Positions 11,009 to 19,557 of a DNA stretch of 64,000 nucleotides are shown piece by piece. Position numbers and translations under genes: made by a program. Numbering within the stretch: position 1 is the first letter of the stretch; the number at the start of each line of letters is the position of its first letter. Location: the NCBI GenBank assembly GCA_965223665.1, contig OZ245011.1, positions 1,088,001 through 1,152,000 of the forward strand, read 5' to 3'. The DNA is from Nitrospinaceae bacterium (GTDB lineage Bacteria > Nitrospinota > Nitrospinia > Nitrospinales > Nitrospinaceae). The notes under the pieces are model-generated. The model ran no database searches. It saw only the letters and a program-made list of their open reading frames with translations, and was not told the DNA's origin.

Positions 11009-11054
11009 TCAGAGACTTTATTAATATATAAATTATTTTTTAAAAGGCTAAATC

Positions 11055-11132
11055 ATGTCATCTACTTTTGATTTATTTATTTTAATTTTCTTTTTAGCTG
11101 CACTTTCATTGGGATTGTCGGGGATTATTTAA
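11055..11132 (+). CDS. Possible 25-aa membrane peptide
   Basis: MSSTFDLFILIFFLAALSLGLSGII*, preceded by AAAGG; below the ORF-track cutoff. Confidence 0.3.
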   Translation: MSSTFDLFILIFFLAALSLGLSGII

Positions 11133-11392
11133 TATTACAAACGTTTGTTTAATGATGGTTTTATAGTAACTTTCTTTTGGCCCTCTTCATCTTAAGTCAG
11201 CCAAAGAGGGCCTTGAGAAACATCCCCTTAAAAGTCTGCCCATATAACTTCTATCGAATATTCAAATTAAAAAAACAAATTATTATTTCTGCATTCCCAA
11301 ATGAAACATTTATCGGTTTGCCTTTTCGGCAAATCTAAAATGATCTTCTCTCATCAAATTTTATCTAAAGATCGAAATTTCAATATCATACT

Positions 11393-11421
11393 TTGACTTC
11401 ATAGCAAAATTCTTATATAAA
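11393..11421 (+). promoter_or_regulatory. sigma70-type promoter for the outer-membrane protein gene
   Basis: TTGACT-17 bp-TATAAA. Confidence 0.55.
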
Positions 11422-11568
11422 AGATTCAAATTGGAACAATTGGTCCAAATTGATGACTATGCTTTATGACACAAGAACCATTTTCACAAGTAATAAAATC
11501 CAACCTTATTGTTTTTTCAATAAAGCTCCAACAATTATATTTATGAAGATTTTTATGAGGGGGAAAAA

Positions 11569-12606
11569 ATGATTATTAACAATCGGTACGCTTTCATCTT
11601 TGTCCTAACATTCTTAATAGGATTGACATGTGGAGTTTCTACGGTCTTTTCCTCAGCTACTGTGGAGGTCACCGTAGCGAATGGAAACAAGCCATTACCT
11701 ATGGAATCTATTTCAATTCACTCAGAAGATGGTCAAGCAGTTGAAGAAAACATCCGCAACCACAAGAATTCTCAATGGACCTGGAAGGGTCTAAAGCCTG
11801 GAAATTATACGGTTCGATCAGGGGATCAGGTTTTAAGAAAAATTCAAGTGAGCCAGATGGATACCATAAAGAAAATCATAGTCAATCCTACATTATCTGC
11901 CAATGGTTCCTCGGGTACCCCTAATTTTTTCAATAATTTTAATAACTATAATGCCCCTATTCCTACCGAAACTATCATCAGAATTGGTTTAAGAGGAAAT
12001 TTCACATTCGACCGACCTTTAGCAGACGTTTATGGTTCTTCATTCTCAAACAATCCGATTATGGGGAATATTGGACAAAATTATTTAGGGGTGGGTTTGG
12101 ATGTAGACGTCCAACCCGAAGATTGGCCTGTTTATTTCCGTTTAGGGTTTGCATGGAATCCTGATGGGACTGACAGTGGGGCTGGAGGTGATAGACATCC
12201 ACCTAATAATCAACCAGATACTTTCCTAGAACTTGAAGATACGTATTATTTCCGTGCACAGGTGGGTGTCCCCGTAGTCCAATATAAATGGGGGGAAATT
12301 GACGTCCTTGCTGGTGTCCAAGCCACTCATTCTGAGCTTAGGTTATACACTGATGAATCGGGTGGTGGTGGAAACGCTGAAGTTTTTGAAGAATGTAAAT
12401 ATCGGGTAGCACCTGTTGTGGGTGTTCAAGCTGGATTTTGGTTTCCGGAATATGAGAATATTTACTACTATGGTGGGTATAATGCTATTTACCAACCTAG
12501 CATCGCTGTTCAGGGACAATCATCATTGAGTTTCAATTATAATGCTCGTGCAGACAGCGGTTGGCAAAATGAGTTTTGGGCAGGAATTCAATACCGGTTT
12601 AATTAA
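11569..12606 (+). CDS. Outer-membrane beta-barrel protein with N-terminal prealbumin/carboxypeptidase-regulatory-like domain
   Basis: Signal peptide, GLKPGNYTV, alternating beta-strands, C-terminal WAGIQYRFN barrel signature. Confidence 0.65.
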   Translation: MIINNRYAFIFVLTFLIGLTCGVSTVFSSATVEVTVANGNKPLPMESISIHSEDGQAVEENIRNHKNSQWTWKGLKPGNYTVRSGDQVLRKIQVSQMDTIKKIIVNPTLSANGSSGTPNFFNNFNNYNAPIPTETIIRIGLRGNFTFDRPLADVYGSSFSNNPIMGNIGQNYLGVGLDVDVQPEDWPVYFRLGFAWNPDGTDSGAGGDRHPPNNQPDTFLELEDTYYFRAQVGVPVVQYKWGEIDVLAGVQATHSELRLYTDESGGGGNAEVFEECKYRVAPVVGVQAGFWFPEYENIYYYGGYNAIYQPSIAVQGQSSLSFNYNARADSGWQNEFWAGIQYRFN

Positions 12607-12625
12607 TTCTTTATTTCAAATAATA

Positions 12626-13267
12626 ATGTTTTATAAAAATAACTTTTCCCGCCGCTCTGTATCCGGAGCGGCGTTTTTTCTTTTCATTTGTTTTTTTCTT
12701 TTTGGTTGCTATACAAAACCTCTTCCCCTCAATTGGTTGGCTGATTTAGAATCTTCTCCCAAAAGCTTTGAAGTCTGCCACGGGTATGGTTGCCACTATA
12801 AAACAAGAACTTCCTTAGCCCCTACTCAATGGGCTCAAGTTTTAGATAATTTCAATCCCCCAGCAAAGAGTGCCGTAGAAGAAAGAAAGCAAATCGCTAG
12901 AGCTATTGCCATGATGGAAACTATTACCGGTGAATCGGTGGGCACTCAAACAGATGTCGCCGAAGCGGGATTTTACAAGAAGGATGCGTTTCAAATGGAC
13001 TGTATCGATGAAACGGTTAACACTTCTCTTTATCTCCATTTTATGGAAAGAGAAGGAGTATTCCGTTGGCATAAAGTGGGCGATCCTGAAAGGCGGGGAT
13101 ATTTTGTTGATTGGGAATGGCCGCATAATACTGCAGTGGTTGTAGAAAGAGAAACAGGCATAGAATATGCGATAGACTCATGGTTCTTTGCAAATGGTAA
13201 AGAACCATGGATTGTCCCTGTTAAGGATTGGTGGACCGGATTAAGACCTAACTCCCCAAAAAAGTAA
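12626..13267 (+). CDS. Lipoprotein with putative Cys-His-Asp (papain/transglutaminase-like) triad
   Basis: Lipobox LFGC; VCHGYGC, DCIDET, PHNTAV, YAIDSW; start uncertain. Confidence 0.7.
   Translation: MFYKNNFSRRSVSGAAFFLFICFFLFGCYTKPLPLNWLADLESSPKSFEVCHGYGCHYKTRTSLAPTQWAQVLDNFNPPAKSAVEERKQIARAIAMMETITGESVGTQTDVAEAGFYKKDAFQMDCIDETVNTSLYLHFMEREGVFRWHKVGDPERRGYFVDWEWPHNTAVVVERETGIEYAIDSWFFANGKEPWIVPVKDWWTGLRPNSPKK
12650..12679 (+). terminator. Rho-independent terminator after the OMP gene (overlaps the 5' end of the next ORF)
   Basis: CGCCGCTC-8 nt-GAGCGGCG followed by TTTTTT. Confidence 0.65.
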
Positions 13268-13779
13268 TGATGAGGTGAAATGATGCTCTTTTCCCAATAA
13301 ATTGTTCGAATAATCTAACCAAATTTTTCACTCCTTGAAATAAGTTTTACCGATACAAAAAAGATTTTTATAGAATTACTTTTAAAATACTTTGAAAAAT
13401 CCTGAGTTATTTGTGGCTCAATACATTATTAGTAACTACCCACACTCCACTACTATAAAGATTTTCTATTTTTTAACTTTGAAAATATGGCCATACCCTA
13501 CCAACCTTAGAAAAAATTTAATTTTTTTTCTAAATACCCCAAAAGAGCAGCTAATTTTAACCTAGCTAAATACAATATTTTTCGTCCTCTTTTTAAAAGA
13601 TCCGCAAACCTGAATAGAGAAATTAGCCCAGATCAACAAATTTAACCCTTGGATTAATTTTGAAAAGTTGCTATATTTCCTCATCCTTATAGGGTATTTT
13701 TTATCCAAAAGAGGGGCAATAATTTGCTATTAAAAATTTTTGCGGTTTGAGGGCGGTTCTGATCGCGGGACAATCTAAA

Positions 13780-16700
13780 ATGAAAATACAATCCTGGGTA
13801 CCCATATTTTTTATATTATTATTGAGCAATAATGTTTTTGCACAAGCCTTAGATCTTCCCCAATTAGTGGATCGGGGTCCTTATATACAGCACTTAACGC
13901 CAACCAGCGTTTCAATTAAGTGGTGGGTGTTCACTGATGATACAGCAAATAATACCATACACTATGGTACCTCCGCCGGGAGTTTAAACTCTTCCAATAC
14001 TGACACTACTTTTAGAGTTAGAAATGTTTGTGGAAATACAGAATGTGACGATTTTCATGAATATGAGTTAACCATATCAGGGCTAACAGCCAACACCCGC
14101 TATTACTATGCCGTGGGAACCACAACAACACCATCCGCTGAAGAATCTGCAAACGGAACATTTGTAACATTTCCTATTTCAGGGACAGTAAAACCAACCC
14201 GAGTTTGGGCCATAGGTGACTCGGGCACCAAAAGTACTCAAGCGCTATTGGTTTTAGAAGCGATGCAAAACTATACTAAATCCCGCGACCCGGATATATG
14301 GATAATGCTGGGTGATAATGCTTATGTAAATGGTGACAATCGTGATTACGGGGATGCTGTTTTCTTTATGTATCCTGATTTTTTGCGAAATGTTGCCGTT
14401 TGGCCAACTTTTGGGGATCGGGATGGAGTTTTTGCAGATTCTTCCACACAGTCGGGTTGGTACTTTTCCATTTTTAACCTCCCAACAAATGCAGAATTAG
14501 GAGGGGCAGCTTCAGGAACTGAGGCTTACTATTCATATGACTATAGCAACATCCATTTTGTTGTATTAGATACTGCCGAAACAAGTTTATCAGCCGGTAG
14601 CACTATGCTTACCTGGTTACAAAATGATCTCAACACTAATGATAAAGAATGGGTAATCGCTTATTTTCATCATTCTCCATACTCAAAAGGATCCAATGAT
14701 TCTGATCCAAGCATCATAGCAAGTGACGTGCGAGCAAACGCACTTCCCATTTTGGAACAAGCGGGAGTTGACCTAGTTTTGTCGGCACACAGTCATGCTT
14801 ATGAAAGATCTTTTTTAATCGATGGTCATTACGGTAGTTCCGGTACATTTAATCCTGGAGTTAATCAACTAAATGGGGGAAACGGTAAGCCACTACCCCT
14901 TCCAACAGCAACCGGTCCTTACAACAAAGCATTAGTTGGGGGTCAACCTCCTGCGAATAGTGGAACAGTATATGCCGTTGTTGGAAGTTCAGGAATTCTT
15001 CAAACAAATGAAATTCCCTTAGACCGAAGCTTCGAAGAAGCTGCTGGCCCTCTCAATCATCCTGCAATGCAGTTTTCTTTGAATACCATAGGATCAATGG
15101 TTATTGACGTTTATGACAATCGATTGGAAGCTATTTTCCTTGATGGATTTGGAGATATTGCGGATCAATTTACCATTACTCATGGCAGTACCAATGTTTC
15201 TCCGGAAATATTTAATGTAAGTGCTACTCATCCTTTGACTTTGGAAGTCCAATTTTCCGAACCTTTGGAAAAAATAAGTGCGGAAAATATTTCAAATTAT
15301 TCCTTGGATAATGGTGCAACCATCGCGGCAGCAACATTATTGGACGATTATAGAACAGTAAGATTACTTACATCTACATTGAGCAACACCACAACATATA
15401 ATATTACAGTAACCAATGTCCAAGATTATGAAACTAATACACCCATTTCATCCCCAGGCATAGAATACAGTTTTACTCCAAACTTCACTGATCCTCCTGT
15501 TTATTCTGCCAATTTTCAAGACGGTTATTATCCCAACAAAGGCTATGATGGAACGCGCGATACATACATTTTCGAAGGTTTACCAGATACAAATTATGGG
15601 GACAAAAAAGATTTAATTGCCCATGGTCAATTTGAAGATGCTATCGAGGGTGAAGCAATTATATTTGTTTCGTGGGACATCTCATCTATCCCATCCAATG
15701 CGATTATACAATCTGCAATTTTTTATTGGGATCCCTATAACAGAAGTGAAACACCATATTTTCTGCGACAGTTATTAGCCCCTTGGGGTGAAATTTCAGT
15801 TACTTGGAATAGTTATGGTGGTGACTCAAACATAGGAACAGATATTTTGGGAACGATGCCACCCGAAAAATTCGGTGTTAATCCGATAGCCCTGAACCCA
15901 GATGGAATCAATATTGTTCAAGGCTGGGTTAATGGAAGCATTCCGAATTATGGTTTAGCTTTAAGAAATGCAGGTCCAGGATTTATTCCACCAAGCGGAG
16001 AATGGTGGAATGCGGTGCGGGGTCGTCAAAGGCAAACAAATAATCGACCACGATTATCTATTACTTATACTCTACCTACCGGAGGGGATAGTATTTCTCC
16101 TTCAATCATTGCCCCACCAGATGTTGTTGCAGATTCCACGGGAGATCAAACTTCGGTAACTCTAGGGTCCGCAGTTGCAGTTGATAACAACGGATCTCCA
16201 ACGGTCACTAATAATGCACCAGCAGGTGGATTTCCTTTAGGTACCACCATAGTAACTTGGACCGCCACTGACGCTTCCGGAAATTCTGGAATTGACACAC
16301 AAAAAGTTACTATAAAAGTTTCTGAAACCATTTCTCCCAATACCATTAGTTTTCAAAATAATGTAGAACCAAGCACATTTTATATGGGAGCAGAAGATGC
16401 CTTCATTAGACAAACCTCGCCAAACCAAAATAAAGGATCTGATTCAGAACTTTGGTCTGACGGCCTATCACCCGATCCTGAGAACACTCTCTCGGGAGAA
16501 CTACAATCGATTATAAAATGGGATATTTCTGCTATTCCCGAAAATGCAGTGGTAAACTCCGTATCAGTTTCCTTTAACGTTTTTAATGATTCCCCAGTGG
16601 ACAACAATTTATATGAAGTTAAAATTCCCTGGATGGAAGACACTGTAACTTGGAATGTTGGAGCAGAACCCTCTGGCATTGGCACAACCATATTGGGAAC

Positions 16701-19536
16701 CATTCCACCATTTGCATTTAATGAAAACATTGTGACATTAAATCAGGCCGGAATCGATTTAGTGCAAAGTTGGGTGAATGGCAGCAAAATAAATAATGGT
16801 CTTTTGGTTAAGATTGCAGGCAGCACTAATGGGTTAGGCGTTCACTCAAGTGAAGCAACCACTGCCACCAATCGCCCAAAACTCACGATTTCCTATACTA
16901 TTTCAACAAGTGGCGATACCATTCCCCCGGTTGTAACAGCACCACCCGACATTACTACAACCGATACGACACCCGATTTAGGAACTGGTACAGCAATAGA
17001 TAATGTCGATGGTCCCCTAATCCCCACTAATGATGCACCCCCTGTTTTCCCGCTGGGTGTTACTATAGTAACCTGGAGCGCGACTGACAGTTCAGGAAAC
17101 ACTGGGACCGATACTCAATCCGTTACTGTAGAAGAAGCAACTGGAGGTCCAGTAACGGTCAGCTTCCAGAATGGAGTTGCCCCCGATGCTAGTTATAATG
17201 GAACTCAAGACAGCTATTTAAGAGAAACATCTCCCAACCAAAACGAAGGCAATAACACCCAACTATTATCAGATGGAGTTGCATCAGATCCTAGTAATGG
17301 TTTGTTTGGAGAGGTCATGACTGTAGTGGCTTGGGATTTGTCTTCAATTCCCAACGATGCCACTGTTCAATCAGCGAGCATTACTATGGATTTCTTTGAT
17401 GCGAGCTCTGGAGACTATCACTTTTATGAAGCACTTACTCCCTGGACTGAAGGAACGGTAACCTGGAACAATTTTGGTGGAGGAACTGCTAATGTAGGTA
17501 CTAATATTATTGCAACAATACCAGCTTTTTCCTTCAATGAAACCGAGGTCAACTTAACGGCGCAGGGAATCAGTCTGGTTCAGGGTTGGATTGACGGAAG
17601 TATTCCTAATAACGGGTTAGCCTTTAAAACATCCGGCACTAACAACGGCGTAGGAGCTAATTCTAGTGAAGCTTCCACTAATAGACCCAAAATCACTATT
17701 ACGTATACAGTATCTTCAGGCGGTGGTTCAGGAGAAATGAGTTTCCAAAATGGAGTCCTTCCAACTCCTTCCTATTCTGGTACAAACGATAGCTATTTAA
17801 CAGAAACATCTCCGAATCAAAACGAAGGCAATAACATGCAACTTTTATCAGATGGAGTGGCTGCAGATCCTGGAAATGGGTTATTTGGAGAATTGATGAC
17901 TGTTATATCCTGGGATATCTCAAGTATTCCGTCAAATGCGACTGTACAATCCGCAAGTATTACAATGGACTTTTTTGACGCCAGTTCGGGAGACTATCAC
18001 TTTTATGAAGCCCTTACTCCCTGGACTGAAGGAACGGTAACCTGGAACAGTTTTGGGGGTGGGTCTGCGAATGTGGGCACCGATATTATAGCCACGATTC
18101 CTGGATTTTCCTTCGATGAAACCGAGGTCAACTTAACGGCGCAGGGAATCAGTCTGGTTCAGGGTTGGATTGATGGCAGTATTCCTAATAACGGATTGGT
18201 TCTTAAAACTTCAGGCACTAACAACGGCGTTGGAGCAAATTCAAGTGAAGCCGTTACCAACAGACCCAAACTCAAAATTGCCTATTCAACTTCGGGTGGG
18301 TCAGGAGGAGATACGATTCCTCCAGTGGTAACTGCCCCGGCGGATATTACAACCACAGACACAACACCCAACCTGGGAACCGGAACGGCCGTTGATAATG
18401 TGGATGGGACTTTAGTTCCAACGAATAATGCGCCGGCAGTCTTTCCATTAGGGACAACGATTGTAACCTGGAGCGCTACCGACTCTTCTGGAAATACCGG
18501 AACTGATAATCAATCGGTCACCATTACAGATCCGACATCCACGGATACCACACCTCCTGTAGTGACCGCTCCGGCCGATATCACAACAGAAGCCACCGGG
18601 CCGACCACCAGCGTTTCTTTAGGCACCGGCACTGCCAATGATAATGTCGATGGGCCTATAACTCCGACTAATGATGCACCTTCCGGGGGATTCCCTGTGG
18701 GGACCACCATAGTCACCTGGAGTGCTACGGATACCGCTGGTAATACAGGAACGGATACCCAATCCGTCACTATTACAGATACCACTGCACCAACAGTAAC
18801 TGCACCAGCGGATATTACCACTACAGACACAACACCCAATCTGGGAGCCGGAACGGCCAGTGATTTAGTAGATGGATCGATCACGCCAACGAATAATGCT
18901 CCGGGAACATTTCCAATTGGAACGACGATTGTTACATGGAGCGCCACGGATGCCGCCGGCAACACTGGTACAGACACACAAAGTGTTACGGTGCAGTCTG
19001 GAGGTTCGACTACAGTGAACTTAACAAGTTCTAATGATACTTTTATCCGGGAATACCAACCTTTCGATGTTAATGGTTTGATGACAACTCTGGAAGTGGA
19101 TGCAGATCAATTAAACCCGCCCTCTGGTTTCAATGATGAGATCTTCGCAGTGCTTGCCTGGAATGTTTCATCGATCCCGAGCACAGCCAATGTGCAATCA
19201 GTGACGATAACTTTTAATGTGACTAATACCAGTTCAGGAACCTATGAGCTATTCCAAACATTGACTGCCTGGTCAGAGACCACAGCTAATTGGTATACTT
19301 TTTTACCACTTTCCACCTCTCTGGGAAGCAGTGTTCTGGGAACCTTTAATCCTACAGCAGGATCCAATGTGATCACTCTCAATGCTTCCGGAATTAATTT
19401 AGTTCAAGGTTGGATCAATGGTTCAATAACTAATAATGGAATTGCCGTTCGTAGTGGAGGCACAACTGATAATACAATTTTTAATTCAAAAGAAGCGGCT
19501 TCTAACAAACCTCAAATTTCCATTACCTATAACTAG
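13780..19536 (+). CDS. Secreted purple-acid-phosphatase-like metallophosphoesterase with Ig-like, five DNRLRE/CBM96-like and five HYR-like domains
   Basis: Signal peptide (VFAQ); RGPYIQ, IGDSG, LGDNAY, FHHSPY, SAHSHAYERS; repeated D.Y.R...P..N.G/WDISSIP/RPKL.I.Y and DT.PP..TAP.D/FP.G.T.VTW.ATD..GN modules; ATG 13780 preferred over TTG 13747. Confidence 0.85.
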   Translation: MKIQSWVPIFFILLLSNNVFAQALDLPQLVDRGPYIQHLTPTSVSIKWWVFTDDTANNTIHYGTSAGSLNSSNTDTTFRVRNVCGNTECDDFHEYELTISGLTANTRYYYAVGTTTTPSAEESANGTFVTFPISGTVKPTRVWAIGDSGTKSTQALLVLEAMQNYTKSRDPDIWIMLGDNAYVNGDNRDYGDAVFFMYPDFLRNVAVWPTFGDRDGVFADSSTQSGWYFSIFNLPTNAELGGAASGTEAYYSYDYSNIHFVVLDTAETSLSAGSTMLTWLQNDLNTNDKEWVIAYFHHSPYSKGSNDSDPSIIASDVRANALPILEQAGVDLVLSAHSHAYERSFLIDGHYGSSGTFNPGVNQLNGGNGKPLPLPTATGPYNKALVGGQPPANSGTVYAVVGSSGILQTNEIPLDRSFEEAAGPLNHPAMQFSLNTIGSMVIDVYDNRLEAIFLDGFGDIADQFTITHGSTNVSPEIFNVSATHPLTLEVQFSEPLEKISAENISNYSLDNGATIAAATLLDDYRTVRLLTSTLSNTTTYNITVTNVQDYETNTPISSPGIEYSFTPNFTDPPVYSANFQDGYYPNKGYDGTRDTYIFEGLPDTNYGDKKDLIAHGQFEDAIEGEAIIFVSWDISSIPSNAIIQSAIFYWDPYNRSETPYFLRQLLAPWGEISVTWNSYGGDSNIGTDILGTMPPEKFGVNPIALNPDGINIVQGWVNGSIPNYGLALRNAGPGFIPPSGEWWNAVRGRQRQTNNRPRLSITYTLPTGGDSISPSIIAPPDVVADSTGDQTSVTLGSAVAVDNNGSPTVTNNAPAGGFPLGTTIVTWTATDASGNSGIDTQKVTIKVSETISPNTISFQNNVEPSTFYMGAEDAFIRQTSPNQNKGSDSELWSDGLSPDPENTLSGELQSIIKWDISAIPENAVVNSVSVSFNVFNDSPVDNNLYEVKIPWMEDTVTWNVGAEPSGIGTTILGTIPPFAFNENIVTLNQAGIDLVQSWVNGSKINNGLLVKIAGSTNGLGVHSSEATTATNRPKLTISYTISTSGDTIPPVVTAPPDITTTDTTPDLGTGTAIDNVDGPLIPTNDAPPVFPLGVTIVTWSATDSSGNTGTDTQSVTVEEATGGPVTVSFQNGVAPDASYNGTQDSYLRETSPNQNEGNNTQLLSDGVASDPSNGLFGEVMTVVAWDLSSIPNDATVQSASITMDFFDASSGDYHFYEALTPWTEGTVTWNNFGGGTANVGTNIIATIPAFSFNETEVNLTAQGISLVQGWIDGSIPNNGLAFKTSGTNNGVGANSSEASTNRPKITITYTVSSGGGSGEMSFQNGVLPTPSYSGTNDSYLTETSPNQNEGNNMQLLSDGVAADPGNGLFGELMTVISWDISSIPSNATVQSASITMDFFDASSGDYHFYEALTPWTEGTVTWNSFGGGSANVGTDIIATIPGFSFDETEVNLTAQGISLVQGWIDGSIPNNGLVLKTSGTNNGVGANSSEAVTNRPKLKIAYSTSGGSGGDTIPPVVTAPADITTTDTTPNLGTGTAVDNVDGTLVPTNNAPAVFPLGTTIVTWSATDSSGNTGTDNQSVTITDPTSTDTTPPVVTAPADITTEATGPTTSVSLGTGTANDNVDGPITPTNDAPSGGFPVGTTIVTWSATDTAGNTGTDTQSVTITDTTAPTVTAPADITTTDTTPNLGAGTASDLVDGSITPTNNAPGTFPIGTTIVTWSATDAAGNTGTDTQSVTVQSGGSTTVNLTSSNDTFIREYQPFDVNGLMTTLEVDADQLNPPSGFNDEIFAVLAWNVSSIPSTANVQSVTITFNVTNTSSGTYELFQTLTAWSETTANWYTFLPLSTSLGSSVLGTFNPTAGSNVITLNASGINLVQGWINGSITNNGIAVRSGGTTDNTIFNSKEAASNKPQISITYN
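17161..18290 (+). repeat. Tandem intragenic duplication, 579-bp period (two DNRLRE-like domains)
   Basis: GGAGACTATCACTTTTATGAAGC...AACCTGGAACA at ~17410 and ~17989; long identical stretches; ends approximate. Confidence 0.85.
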
Positions 19537-19557
19537 CTGATTTTTATAATAAGTTAT

